Assembly (NCBI GenBank): GCA_944388565.1
Contig: CALXJG010000005.1
Span: forward strand, 1 to 49,625
Source: an uncultured Clostridia bacterium
GTDB lineage: Bacteria; Bacillota; Clostridia; TANB77; CAG-465
Direction: 5' to 3'
Length of the DNA: 49,625 bases
Part shown: positions 25,818 through 35,746 of the stretch, in pieces
Layout of the letters: each line of letters begins with the position of its first letter
How positions within the stretch are numbered: position 1 is the first letter of the stretch
Translations under genes and position numbers: made by a program
The notes under the pieces: generated by a model
Database searches by the model: none
Told to the model about the DNA's origin: nothing
What the model saw: the letters and a program-made list of their open reading frames with translations, nothing else

Positions 25818-26852
25818 TTATTCTTTAATTAACTTTTTTAAATCATTAAACTTTACTTCTAAATTTATTGTATTAAAATCTTCTTCATGTAATTTTAATA
25901 ATGCACTTACTTTTTCTTCTAATTCTTCTTCATTTTCCATGTATACTATATAGTTTAAATCTTTAATCCAGCTATATACTCCTTTTACCTTATGGTTATA
26001 ATTACTAAATACAATACATGGTGTTTTAGTAATAGCTGCAAAAATCATACCATGTAATCTATCAGTAACAACTAGCCTACTACTTGAAAATTCAATTAAT
26101 TTTTCAAATAAAAATTTCTTTCTTAAAATAGGATATATTACTTTTTTAACTACTGTATCTGTGTATTTTAAATTACCATACTTTTTTAAAATATCTGTTA
26201 TGTTCTCAAATTCTTTACTACTCATTTTCTTTTCAGCATCATGCCTAAAGCAAATAAGTATACCATCTTTTCTATCAACTTGTTTGAATTTCTTTCCATA
26301 TAAACATAATACGATATCAGGAACTAAAACAAGATTAACATTTTGAAAATTACTTTTACAGAATTCATATGATACTTTTTCTCTTAAACATAAAGACAAG
26401 TTTTTGTGCCCATTATATATTTTTTTGGAAATTTCTAATTCATATTTACCATTTTCATCATCTGAATAATATACAGTTTGAGGAAATATTACTATTTTAT
26501 TATCAGGAAAACTTTTGATTACCTTTCTTATAAATTTTTCTTCTTCAATCCATTGAGAACCAATAGAGCCTCCACCTGTAACAAATATTCTAGCATTTTC
26601 TTTTAACTTTTTACATATATAATCAAAACATATTTTATCTTCATAAGTTGATACTTCAAATATATGTTTTATTCCGTTTTGTTTTAAAAAATATATCTCA
26701 GAATATATAATTGCATGATCACCTAGATTGCCATGCAAAGGAGTTCCAAAAATCACATATGGAGCTTGTCCTTTAATTTTACACTTAAACAAATATAAAT
26801 TAAAATGTAATATTTTTATGATTTTTTTTATTATTGTTTTAATTTTATCCAC
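25818..26852 (-). CDS. polysaccharide pyruvyl transferase family protein
   Basis: 'GTPLHGNLGDHAI' and 'VVTDRLHGMIFA' motifs. GTG at 26852 lies 6 nt after AGGAGGA, which follows the upstream stop. The track ATG at 26888 has no RBS. Confidence 0.7.
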   Translation of the reverse strand: MDKIKTIIKKIIKILHFNLYLFKCKIKGQAPYVIFGTPLHGNLGDHAIIYSEIYFLKQNGIKHIFEVSTYEDKICFDYICKKLKENARIFVTGGGSIGSQWIEEEKFIRKVIKSFPDNKIVIFPQTVYYSDDENGKYELEISKKIYNGHKNLSLCLREKVSYEFCKSNFQNVNLVLVPDIVLCLYGKKFKQVDRKDGILICFRHDAEKKMSSKEFENITDILKKYGNLKYTDTVVKKVIYPILRKKFLFEKLIEFSSSRLVVTDRLHGMIFAAITKTPCIVFSNYNHKVKGVYSWIKDLNYIVYMENEEELEEKVSALLKLHEEDFNTINLEVKFNDLKKLIKE

Positions 26853-26869
26853 TCTTTTCCTCCTACTGC

Positions 26870-27838
26870 TTAATTTACCCCAAAACATTTATAGTAAAAC
26901 ATTGGCAATATTCCAGCAAATGTTAATAAACATTTTGTTTTTAATTTTACAACCTGACTACTTATTAAAACTTTATATACCTTTTTATATTCAACTTTTA
27001 TTTTTCTTCTTATGTCAGCTGAATCTTTTATATAAAGCTTACATTTACAATATGATTTTACCAAAGAATAAAAATAAGTTTTTAAATTTAAAATCACTAA
27101 ACATTCATTACCTTTTTCTTTAAAAAACTCATCTCTTTCTTTCAACACACTAAGATAATATAAATTTTTAAGTGTAAATTTAGAATTAGTAATACTATTT
27201 AAATTTTTTCTATAAAAATATAATTTTAAATTAGTAGTACAAATACTTTCAGCTTCATAAAATAACTTATATGTTATAGCTTCATCTTCATTTATTTTTC
27301 CTTTTGGAAATTTTATATTTTTAAATAGGGTTATATCATATAATTTATCACATACGATAACAGTTTCAACATATTTCTCGTTATATAAATTTTTTACCAT
27401 TTCCTCAGATGTATAAATATTTACTTCTTGCTCTGCTTCCTCACTTTTGCCATTATTATCATATACTATATTAAAACTACATTGTGATATCTTTGTGTTA
27501 TTTTCTTTGCATAAATTATATAAAGTTTCTATAAATATAGGAGATATATAATCATCTGAATCTATAAAACATATATATTTACCATTAGCCGCTTCAATTC
27601 CGGTATTTCTAGCATCAGATAAGCCACCATTTTCTTTATGAATTACCTTTACTCTACTATCTTTTTTGGCATATAAATCACATATATTTCCACAATTATC
27701 TGTAGAACCGTCATCAATCAAAAGTATTTCAATATTTTCATATGTTTGGCAAAGAATAGTCTCAATACATTTATTTAGATATTCCTCAACGTTATATATC
27801 GGTACGACTATAGTTATCAACTCTTTCAAGAACCTCAT
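26870..27838 (-). CDS. family 2 glycosyltransferase
   Basis: 'IVVPIYNVEEYLNKCIETILCQTYENIEILLIDDGSTD' and 'FIDSDD' (DxD). Confidence 0.9.
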   Translation of the reverse strand: MRFLKELITIVVPIYNVEEYLNKCIETILCQTYENIEILLIDDGSTDNCGNICDLYAKKDSRVKVIHKENGGLSDARNTGIEAANGKYICFIDSDDYISPIFIETLYNLCKENNTKISQCSFNIVYDNNGKSEEAEQEVNIYTSEEMVKNLYNEKYVETVIVCDKLYDITLFKNIKFPKGKINEDEAITYKLFYEAESICTTNLKLYFYRKNLNSITNSKFTLKNLYYLSVLKERDEFFKEKGNECLVILNLKTYFYSLVKSYCKCKLYIKDSADIRRKIKVEYKKVYKVLISSQVVKLKTKCLLTFAGILPMFYYKCFGVN

Positions 27839-27845
27839 TCCTTCC

Positions 27846-28463
27846 TTACTCTTCCCATGAAATATTCTCTTTTATAACTCTTGCTGGTACACCTGCAATT
27901 AAACAATTATCCGGAAACTTTCCATTTACAACAGAACCAGCTGCAACTATACATCCATTTCCAATATTTGCCCCTTTTAATATTATACTCCTTAATCCAA
28001 TCCAAACATTGTCACCTATAACTATATTTTTAGTATTCTCTTTCTCTTCACCGTTTTCTATTACTCTATGATTGTCTGAATCTCTAATAATGACTTCTTC
28101 TGATATTACAACATTATTACCTATTTTAATATTTTTAAAACAATTAATTTTACTATCTCTATTTATATATCCACTCCCAATCGATAAAGTAGCGTCTTCT
28201 TCAACAGATATTTGTGAACCAGTTCCAATAGCAAATCTTCCTTCAATATTTAATGTAGCATCCTTTTTTAACAGAAACGTGCCATTACTTACATTACAAT
28301 GCATATAACTATTTCCAATTAAAAATCTATCTTTACAATTTATTTTAGATTTTTTACTTATATATATTTTCATTTTCTTATATATCACACAGTTAATCTT
28401 AAGTTTTATTCTATAATACAAAGTATTTAAAAAGCTTATATTCTCTAATTTATTTATGCCCAT
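27846..28463 (-). CDS. left-handed beta-helix (hexapeptide) O-acetyltransferase
   Basis: 'IGDNVWIGLRSIILKGANIGNGCIVAAGSVVNGKFPDNCLIAGVPARVIK'. Confidence 0.85.
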   Translation of the reverse strand: MGINKLENISFLNTLYYRIKLKINCVIYKKMKIYISKKSKINCKDRFLIGNSYMHCNVSNGTFLLKKDATLNIEGRFAIGTGSQISVEEDATLSIGSGYINRDSKINCFKNIKIGNNVVISEEVIIRDSDNHRVIENGEEKENTKNIVIGDNVWIGLRSIILKGANIGNGCIVAAGSVVNGKFPDNCLIAGVPARVIKENISWEE

Positions 28464-28467
28464 TACT

Positions 28468-29517
28468 TTACCTACCCCTAAAATATATTATTTTCTTTAA
28501 TATTTTCTTTACCTTATATGTTAAAGTATATTTTAATATTAGTTTCTTATCCAAAACACTAGTCATAGTTGCCATGTCTTCTATATATATTTTTTTATCT
28601 TTCAAGCTTTTTTTTGCGTAATCAATTATATTTAATCTTTCGTTCTTTTTTAATAAATTTGTACTAATATATATTGATTTAATACATTCTATAACTTCTT
28701 TTCCTATTCTATTTTCTATCTTTTTTTCTATATTTTCATTTTTTATTCCAAAAGAGTAAAAGAATTTGTATAAATATGAATAGTTTGTTATAGCCTCTTT
28801 AATTTTACTTAATACTTTTGATACTGATAATTTAGTTATAACATTTTCTTCATTATTCATATAATGGTAAAAAGTATATGGCAAAAATACAGCATTATCT
28901 AATTTCATAAATATTTTTAAATTAAATACAAGATCTTCTGCATAAAAACTTCCTATATCAAAGAAAATATCATTTCTTATTAAAAACTCTCTTTTTACTA
29001 TAAACAAGCAAGGTGAATTAAGGAAATATGTATCTAAGAAAGTGTTAAAAATCTTTTCTTTGTAATCTTCTTTTTCTACAAATTTAGGGTATTCATATAT
29101 TATATCTGTATTTATCTTTCGCCCTGTTTGAAATATTTCTTTCATGCAGGCACATCTTACATAGTTTGTTCCATATTTTTCTACATATTCTAACATTGTA
29201 GATATTGTATTTTCTTCAATCCAATCATCTGCATCAACAAACATAATGTAATCGCCTTTTGCAGTTAATACTCCTCTATTTCTTGTATACCCTCTACCTT
29301 TATTTTCTTGTGTGTACACGTTTATTCTTTTATCACGTTTTTTTAATTCTTCTAATATTTTTAAACTATTATCGCTAGAACCATCATCTATTAATATTAC
29401 TTCAATATCATTTTCTTTTTGTGATATAATTGATTCTACGCATCTTTTTATATATTTTTGTGCATTATATACTGGAACAATTATTGATACCTTTGCCATA
29501 TTATGTTTTTCTTTCAC
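28468..29517 (-). CDS. family 2 glycosyltransferase
   Basis: 'VSIIVPVYNAQKYIKRCVESIISQKENDIEVILIDDGSSD' and 'FVDADD'. The start is either GTG 29517 or ATG 29499. Confidence 0.9.
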   Translation of the reverse strand: MKEKHNMAKVSIIVPVYNAQKYIKRCVESIISQKENDIEVILIDDGSSDNSLKILEELKKRDKRINVYTQENKGRGYTRNRGVLTAKGDYIMFVDADDWIEENTISTMLEYVEKYGTNYVRCACMKEIFQTGRKINTDIIYEYPKFVEKEDYKEKIFNTFLDTYFLNSPCLFIVKREFLIRNDIFFDIGSFYAEDLVFNLKIFMKLDNAVFLPYTFYHYMNNEENVITKLSVSKVLSKIKEAITNYSYLYKFFYSFGIKNENIEKKIENRIGKEVIECIKSIYISTNLLKKNERLNIIDYAKKSLKDKKIYIEDMATMTSVLDKKLILKYTLTYKVKKILKKIIYFRGR

Positions 29518-30949
29518 CTTTCTTTACTTTCCTATATAGTAATTTATAAAAAACATATATAGGTAAAATATACCATACAAATTCTCTAAATATTGGATTT
29601 ATATTGTTTCTTACAGTCCAAACAAAGCTTACACAAAAAGCCAAATATAATGGTATCACAATTGGAGATTTATATGCTTTTTCTTTTATTCTTATATCAA
29701 TTTTATACATAAATATACCTAAAATTATAAGTGCTAATAAACATAGCCATCCAAAATTAGCGAATAAATCTTCTACTATTGACCCACCAAAAGCAAGTCC
29801 AAAAACTTTTGATATTTCCTGTTGTATATCTCCCATTACTTTATTTACGCTTAATTCAGTACCTAAATTAGGTATTATTGCTGCAATTCCATAAAGATAC
29901 GTTGTTCCCCATTTAAATGGAACCATTTCAGGACATGCAACAAGTGCAGCAGTAGTAGGGAAAATAGCAATTCCCATTTCATTTAAAGCTAAAAGAACCG
30001 GATTATTTGATATAATTTCATTTAACACAATCCCTATATCACTTATCCATTCAGATATTGCATATTCACGAACGACTCTCATAAATGATATTAAAATTGA
30101 TAATGGTATTAATAATAAAAAATATATTATCATTTTTTTTGTAGTTATTTTATTAATCGTTAAATTCCAAGCAATAATTGTAAATAATACCCTAAGTATA
30201 GGAAGTCCTCTAGCTCCTAAGAAAAACTGAAGTACATTATATATTAAAATTATTACAAAGATTTTTTTTGCTTTTTTTATATCATTTTTATATGAAACCA
30301 TTAAAACAAGTAATGCTACGAAAAAAAATGGTACAAGTTTAGTTACTAATGATTCTACCCCTATTGTAATATCAGAATATACCCCTTTATATCCAGATGC
30401 AAATGCAATTTTTAATTTATCAAATAATTCATATAACGCAAATGGAGCTGAACAGACTACTACTATCCATGCCACTTTATTCATAACTTTTAACTTTAAA
30501 TTCATGTCTTTATCTTTTACTTCTTTATATATTTTATTTTTTCTACTAAATACAACACCTAGTAAAATCCCCAAATGAATGGTTATCATACCATACAAAG
30601 AAATTATACATGCTTGCAGTATTTGAGTGCTAGAAAAATCATTAGTAAAATCGTATGAGTCTTCATCTACAAATCCAAATACATATCTACATACTACTTG
30701 TCCAAATAAAAAAATAAAATAAAAAGTTAAATATATAAAAGATAAATTATCAATCTTAACCCCGCAAATTAATAAAGTTATTATAGAATAAAGAAATTGA
30801 ATAATAATAATTATCCCTACTATGTTTAACATTTTTTCACCATCGTATTGGACACTATTACCAATTCCAAATGTTAAAAAATATATTATAAATATTAAAA
30901 CAGTAAAACATAAAACAATAAAACTTTTATTTCTGTTGTTTATAAACAT
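29501..30949 (-). CDS. wzy: Wzy-like repeat-unit polymerase (polytopic membrane protein)
   Basis: 482 aa, ~12 TM. Sits between glycosyltransferases in a locus that also encodes Wzx and Wzz. The call rests on context and topology only. Confidence 0.5.
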   Translation of the reverse strand: MFINNRNKSFIVLCFTVLIFIIYFLTFGIGNSVQYDGEKMLNIVGIIIIIQFLYSIITLLICGVKIDNLSFIYLTFYFIFLFGQVVCRYVFGFVDEDSYDFTNDFSSTQILQACIISLYGMITIHLGILLGVVFSRKNKIYKEVKDKDMNLKLKVMNKVAWIVVVCSAPFALYELFDKLKIAFASGYKGVYSDITIGVESLVTKLVPFFFVALLVLMVSYKNDIKKAKKIFVIILIYNVLQFFLGARGLPILRVLFTIIAWNLTINKITTKKMIIYFLLLIPLSILISFMRVVREYAISEWISDIGIVLNEIISNNPVLLALNEMGIAIFPTTAALVACPEMVPFKWGTTYLYGIAAIIPNLGTELSVNKVMGDIQQEISKVFGLAFGGSIVEDLFANFGWLCLLALIILGIFMYKIDIRIKEKAYKSPIVIPLYLAFCVSFVWTVRNNINPIFREFVWYILPIYVFYKLLYRKVKKGERKT

Positions 30950-30959
30950 GTTTTTCTCC

Positions 30960-32084
30960 TTACTTCATATATAACCTTACTAATGACTCCATACTACTTT
31001 TAGCAGAGTAACCTAATTCTTCTAATTTTTTTATATTTGATAATTTATCAGTTCTTTTTTGTTTAGCATTTATTATTAGATCATACCATTTTTCTATTCT
31101 ATCATTTAGATTAACAAAAGATATTGTTCCATCGATAACTTCAACTTCTATAGAAATTGTATCAGAAATCACGCAATTTTTGCCAGCAGCCAGAGCTTCT
31201 ACAATAGTTAATGGAAATCCCTCATACAAAGACGGCATAACAAAAACATCAAAGATACTCATTATATAAGGTATATCTTTTCTTTTACCAGTAAATACAA
31301 AATATTTATCTATTTCTTCTTGTATAGTTCTATTTTGTATTTCCTCTCTTAATTTGCCATCTCCAACTAAAACTATTTTAGCGTTAATATTTTTATCTTT
31401 TAAGTAATGTGCCAATTTTAAAAAGAATACATGATTCTTTTGTTCCTCAAACCTAGCAACATTTCCAATAATCAGCTCAGTTTTGCTTAAGCCTAGCTCA
31501 TTTATCTTCTCTTCTAACATATCTTTATTTATATTTTTATATTCTTCCAATTCAATACCGTTATTAACCAAAAGTGTATTTTTTTCTACTTTTTTACTCT
31601 TTCCAAATAAATATTCTCTTGCTTTTATTCCACATGCTACTCTATCTGTACAAAATAGCTTTATTAATACTCTAGATATTCCTCTATAAATTTTTCTTTT
31701 TAATGTATTGTCATTAAATTCATTTGCATTGTGTGAGTGTACAATTCTTTTTTTTACATGAGCAATATACGCCGCAAAGCACACAATACCAGAATGAAAC
31801 ATTGTTGGAATATGTATTGCATCATATCCACCATGTTCTTTTATTACTTTTACAATATCTTTTATGTGATTTATTGGTCCTCTTTCTTTTGGTGAAGGTA
31901 TTATATAAATATTTCCACCAAGTTTTTTTATTTCTTCATCGTAATCACCTTTTTGTGGGCTCATACAAAGGAAATCAAATTGTATCTTCTCTCTATCTAT
32001 TTTTCTATATATATTCATAATCATTGTTTCAGCACCACCACGGCTCATTTGCTGAAATACATGTAAAACTTTTATCTTACTCAT
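30960..32084 (-). CDS. family 4 (GT-B) glycosyltransferase
   Basis: 'PSLYEGFPLTIVEALAAGKNCV' (EX7E motif). 374 aa. Confidence 0.88.
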   Translation of the reverse strand: MSKIKVLHVFQQMSRGGAETMIMNIYRKIDREKIQFDFLCMSPQKGDYDEEIKKLGGNIYIIPSPKERGPINHIKDIVKVIKEHGGYDAIHIPTMFHSGIVCFAAYIAHVKKRIVHSHNANEFNDNTLKRKIYRGISRVLIKLFCTDRVACGIKAREYLFGKSKKVEKNTLLVNNGIELEEYKNINKDMLEEKINELGLSKTELIIGNVARFEEQKNHVFFLKLAHYLKDKNINAKIVLVGDGKLREEIQNRTIQEEIDKYFVFTGKRKDIPYIMSIFDVFVMPSLYEGFPLTIVEALAAGKNCVISDTISIEVEVIDGTISFVNLNDRIEKWYDLIINAKQKRTDKLSNIKKLEELGYSAKSSMESLVRLYMK

Positions 32085-32086
32085 TA

Positions 32087-34351
32087 TTACTCTCCAGAAT
32101 TTTTATAAATACACTTTAATATAAATGGTTGTCTTTTATTAAATAAACAATCCTCATGAAATTCTTTTGACTTTTCATAATTTCTTAAAGCACATTTTTT
32201 CATTAAATCTTTGTTAGTTGCAAATTCTAAAATTTTCTTTGCAATTTCGATATAATCATTTTTTTCTACTGTTATGTCCAATACTTCTGGAATTCCTCCA
32301 ACATTTGTACCTATTGCTGGACAAGCTCTACTCATAGCTTCTATAAGAGCTCTTGGCATACCTTCTTGTAAGCTTGGTATTAAATATATATCTAAGTTAT
32401 CCATCCACTCTAAAACAGCTTTTCCACCAGGTAACGTTCCATCAAATACTACTTTCTCTGCTATTTTATACTTTTTTGCAATATTTTCCCAATAATCTTT
32501 TTTACCATTGCCTAAAAAATGTAATTCAAAGTCAATTTTATCTTTTAACTGTGCTAAAGCTTTAATAGCTGTTTCATGTCCTTTAAAGCTAACATCTAAA
32601 GAACCAACCAACCCTAAGATTATTTTTTTATTTTCCATCTGAGTAATTTTTTCTAAACGTCTTGTACAGATTGATTGATCTGTATCTGTTATAATTACAT
32701 CAGAGCATCCAATATTATTGTGTTTATTTGTATATCTTTTCTGTAAAAATTTATCAGTAACATATATGACATTTGAAGCTTTACTTATATTTTTTTTAGT
32801 TAACAAATACATATACGGTGCTAATATTTTACCAAATTTACTTTTATGGTTCCATAAGCTATCAAAAGGGCAACTAACTAATTCTATAACATAGTTTTTT
32901 TTGTATTTTCTTGCGTATTTACACGCAATATTGCCTGTAAAACTATGTAATCTAATAATGCAAAAATCAACATTTAAAACATTTTCCTTTATCTTCTCTT
33001 TGACTTTTTTAGAAAATAAAAGCTTTGTAATTCCACTTGTATTTATAGAGTCAAAAGAAATTCTTTTATCATTTAACTCAGAATATTTTGCTATATTAAG
33101 TGATTCATTTTTTATAATCCTTGTTACCATTTTAAAAGAATCAAATATATTAAGATAGCGTTCTTTTATAACATCTTGATTCAATCCATCTGATGTATAA
33201 ATTTTATTATTACATTCTATCAATTTCACATCATGAAAATATGCTGCTTTTTTATACTTAGGAAAATAAATTTCACTATATTTTTTCATAACATTAGATA
33301 TTTCATATTTATCTAGTTTAAAATCAGTTCTTATATCCGCCCTATTATTATAAATATTTGTAATTTTATTTATCATACTATTTACATTATTTATATCAAC
33401 TAAATATCCATTATTAGTATCTATCATAAGATCTGCATTTCCTCTGCAATTTGTACAAACTATTGGTAACCCAACAAACATTGCTTCTAATATATTTACA
33501 GGTAAACCTTCTTGAAGCGCGGTAGAAATTGCCATATCAGAGATTTTCATAAGTTTCGGTACGTCTTTTCTATATCCAGTAAAAATAACATTTTTATCAA
33601 TTCCAAGATTTTTTACCATTTCTTGGTATTTACCATTATATGAATCTTTTCCAACTAGTAATAGTTTAATTTTATCATCTTTCTTTACTAAATCCTTTAT
33701 TGCCTCAATTGCCATAGTCTGATTTTTTCTTTTTATTAATTCAGCTACATAAATAATTACAAAATCATCATCTTTTAGCCCTAAACTTTCTCTTAACTTG
33801 TGTTTTTCTTCACTTGTAAGATTAATATTAAACTTATTAGGATCTACACCTACTCCAGGAATATAATAAGTATTTCTTGCGTGAAATTTTCTTTTTGCAA
33901 GTTCATAATCTTCTTTATTTATTGTAATTAGATCGTCAGTATACTTTGATAAATATTTCTCTATAGGATAAAAAAGCAACCAATTTAAAAGTGGTGCCCC
34001 TTTATAAAAATGAAAGCCATGGGCAGTATAGATAACTCTAGTACCATTCCTTCTTGCTTTTTTGGCTGCTAATCTTGTTACTACACTTCCCATAGGAGTA
34101 TGGCAATGTATTATATCAAATTTTTCTTTATCTATAACTTTCTTTAACTGTTTAATAGCTTTTAAATTATTTAGCTTAATCGGATTTCTTTCAAAAGAAA
34201 TCTTATGCTTCACATCACAATATGGTATTTTTTCATCTCCATTTGTTGCTACATGCACCTCATATCCATTTTCTTTAAAGAGTTTTAGATATGGAATATG
34301 AAAGTGTAAAATATGCGAATCAACAGTTGCTGTAAACAATACTTTCTTCAT
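32087..34351 (-). CDS. fused tandem GT4-GT4 glycosyltransferase
   Basis: 754 aa with two complete GT-B modules. 'ALQEGLPVNILEAMFVGLPIV' sits in the first half and 'PSLQEGMPRALIEAMSRACPAI' in the second. Confidence 0.85.
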   Translation of the reverse strand: MKKVLFTATVDSHILHFHIPYLKLFKENGYEVHVATNGDEKIPYCDVKHKISFERNPIKLNNLKAIKQLKKVIDKEKFDIIHCHTPMGSVVTRLAAKKARRNGTRVIYTAHGFHFYKGAPLLNWLLFYPIEKYLSKYTDDLITINKEDYELAKRKFHARNTYYIPGVGVDPNKFNINLTSEEKHKLRESLGLKDDDFVIIYVAELIKRKNQTMAIEAIKDLVKKDDKIKLLLVGKDSYNGKYQEMVKNLGIDKNVIFTGYRKDVPKLMKISDMAISTALQEGLPVNILEAMFVGLPIVCTNCRGNADLMIDTNNGYLVDINNVNSMINKITNIYNNRADIRTDFKLDKYEISNVMKKYSEIYFPKYKKAAYFHDVKLIECNNKIYTSDGLNQDVIKERYLNIFDSFKMVTRIIKNESLNIAKYSELNDKRISFDSINTSGITKLLFSKKVKEKIKENVLNVDFCIIRLHSFTGNIACKYARKYKKNYVIELVSCPFDSLWNHKSKFGKILAPYMYLLTKKNISKASNVIYVTDKFLQKRYTNKHNNIGCSDVIITDTDQSICTRRLEKITQMENKKIILGLVGSLDVSFKGHETAIKALAQLKDKIDFELHFLGNGKKDYWENIAKKYKIAEKVVFDGTLPGGKAVLEWMDNLDIYLIPSLQEGMPRALIEAMSRACPAIGTNVGGIPEVLDITVEKNDYIEIAKKILEFATNKDLMKKCALRNYEKSKEFHEDCLFNKRQPFILKCIYKNSGE

Positions 34352-34357
34352 AATAAA

Positions 34358-35008
34358 TTAACCTATTCTTTCTTTTATTGATTGTGCATTTTCATTTATA
34401 TCAGTTGTCATATAATAACTTTCTCTTAATTCAGAAAGTTCATCTTGTATCCCTGTTTCTGTAATAGAAGCTCCTGTTCTTTTAAATATTAGCTCTATTG
34501 TTTTTAATAAAATTGTTAAATCAGTTTTAAATGTTACATGATCAACATACCATGTATCTGCTCTTAATTTTTCTTTTACGGTTATTCCATTTCTACCTTG
34601 CACTTGAGCCCATCCAGAAAGTCCTGGGAGTACTTCAGATCTTCTTCTATCTTTTTTAGTAAAATATTTACTATACTCTGAAATCCATGGTCTTGGGCCA
34701 ATAAAACTCATTTCACCTTTTATTATGTTAATAAGTTGTGGGAGTTCATCAATACTTGTGTCTCTTAAAATTTTACCGAATTTTGTTACTTGATTTACAC
34801 CGTTTTCATCCTTTGCCATTGTTCTTAGTTTATATATATTAAATTTAACTTCATCTTTTCCTACTCTTTGTTGCTTAAACAAAGGAGACTTCCCCTTATC
34901 TAAAATAAAGATAATAAGGCTTGCTATACCTACAATCGGCAAAGTTAATATAAATAATATAATAGCAAAAAACAAATCAAGTAATCTTTTAAAATATTTC
35001 TTATACAT
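34358..35008 (-). CDS. initiating undecaprenyl-phosphate sugar-phosphate transferase (small bacterial sugar transferase/PGT)
   Basis: 'KRLLDLFFAIILFILTLPIV', 'YKLRTM', 'DELPQLINIIKGEMSFIGPRP', 'PGLSGWAQV'. First gene after the promoter at 35065-35093. Confidence 0.9.
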   Translation of the reverse strand: MYKKYFKRLLDLFFAIILFILTLPIVGIASLIIFILDKGKSPLFKQQRVGKDEVKFNIYKLRTMAKDENGVNQVTKFGKILRDTSIDELPQLINIIKGEMSFIGPRPWISEYSKYFTKKDRRRSEVLPGLSGWAQVQGRNGITVKEKLRADTWYVDHVTFKTDLTILLKTIELIFKRTGASITETGIQDELSELRESYYMTTDINENAQSIKERIG

Positions 35009-35064
35009 TTTTCATTCCCCTATAACATAAATCAAAGTAATTTTTATTTACTTTGACATTTACT

Positions 35065-35093
35065 ATTATATAACAACTTGAACTTTTTTTCAA
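35065..35093 (-). promoter_or_regulatory. sigma-A promoter TTGAAA-17 nt-TATAAT for the polysaccharide operon
   Basis: Minus strand TTGAAA AAAAGTTCAAGTTGTTA TATAAT. A perfect 9-bp hairpin TCAAAGTAA/TTACTTTGA (35032-35056) starts at the predicted +1. Confidence 0.55.
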
Positions 35094-35178
35094 GCAAAAA
35101 TCGACAAAAAAATCAGATATTTGCATTATCCGATTTTAGATATTTTTAAGCTTTTTCTTTTATTTATTTAACATAACT

Positions 35179-35682
35179 TTATGATTTGTTATGAACTAAT
35201 TTCAAAGTTATAAATTTAACAATTGCATAACACATGATTACTCCTAAAATTATTCCACAACTATCAATAAATACATCTCTTAGTTCTCCACTTCTTCCAC
35301 TTACAAACAGTTGATGTAACTCATCCGTAATTGCATAAATCACTCCTATAAATATACTAATTAAAATACAGTTTTTATAGCTATCTTTATTGTTATATCT
35401 TTTAAATATACAATTAACTAAATTATATATTAAAAAGCCACCTATTGCATACAAACAAAAATGTGCACATTTTCTAACAAAAGGTTGCAAGCTTTCAGTT
35501 AATTTTTCTAAATTATCTTCTGAAATATCATTATTAAAAAACCTTATTATACTTGAGATAAATCCACCACTTCTATTTCCGGATACTTCACTTACTTCAC
35601 CAGAAAGTTTAAAAACTGATACCATCCAAATTATAACTAAAAGAATAGATATTATTAGCCAAATATTCTCTTTTTTCATCAT
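35179..35682 (-). CDS. VanZ-family membrane protein
   Basis: 'ITDELHQLFVSGRSGELRDVFIDS' VanZ signature and 4-5 TM. A likely start is MMKKEN at 35682 or 35679. The track start at 35727 lies inside the tuf terminator. Confidence 0.72.
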   Translation of the reverse strand: MMKKENIWLIISILLVIIWMVSVFKLSGEVSEVSGNRSGGFISSIIRFFNNDISEDNLEKLTESLQPFVRKCAHFCLYAIGGFLIYNLVNCIFKRYNNKDSYKNCILISIFIGVIYAITDELHQLFVSGRSGELRDVFIDSCGIILGVIMCYAIVKFITLKLVHNKS

Positions 35683-35689
35683 GTCACCT

Positions 35690-35733
35690 TTAAATAAAAA
35701 AGGTGCATATGAATAAATCACGTGCACCTTTTT
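35690..35733 (-). terminator. rho-independent terminator after tuf
   Basis: Stem AAAAAGGTGCA/TGCACCTTTTT (35696-35706 / 35723-35733), followed on the minus strand by UUUUUUAUUU. Confidence 0.75.
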
Positions 35734-35746
35734 ATACTAATTCAAA

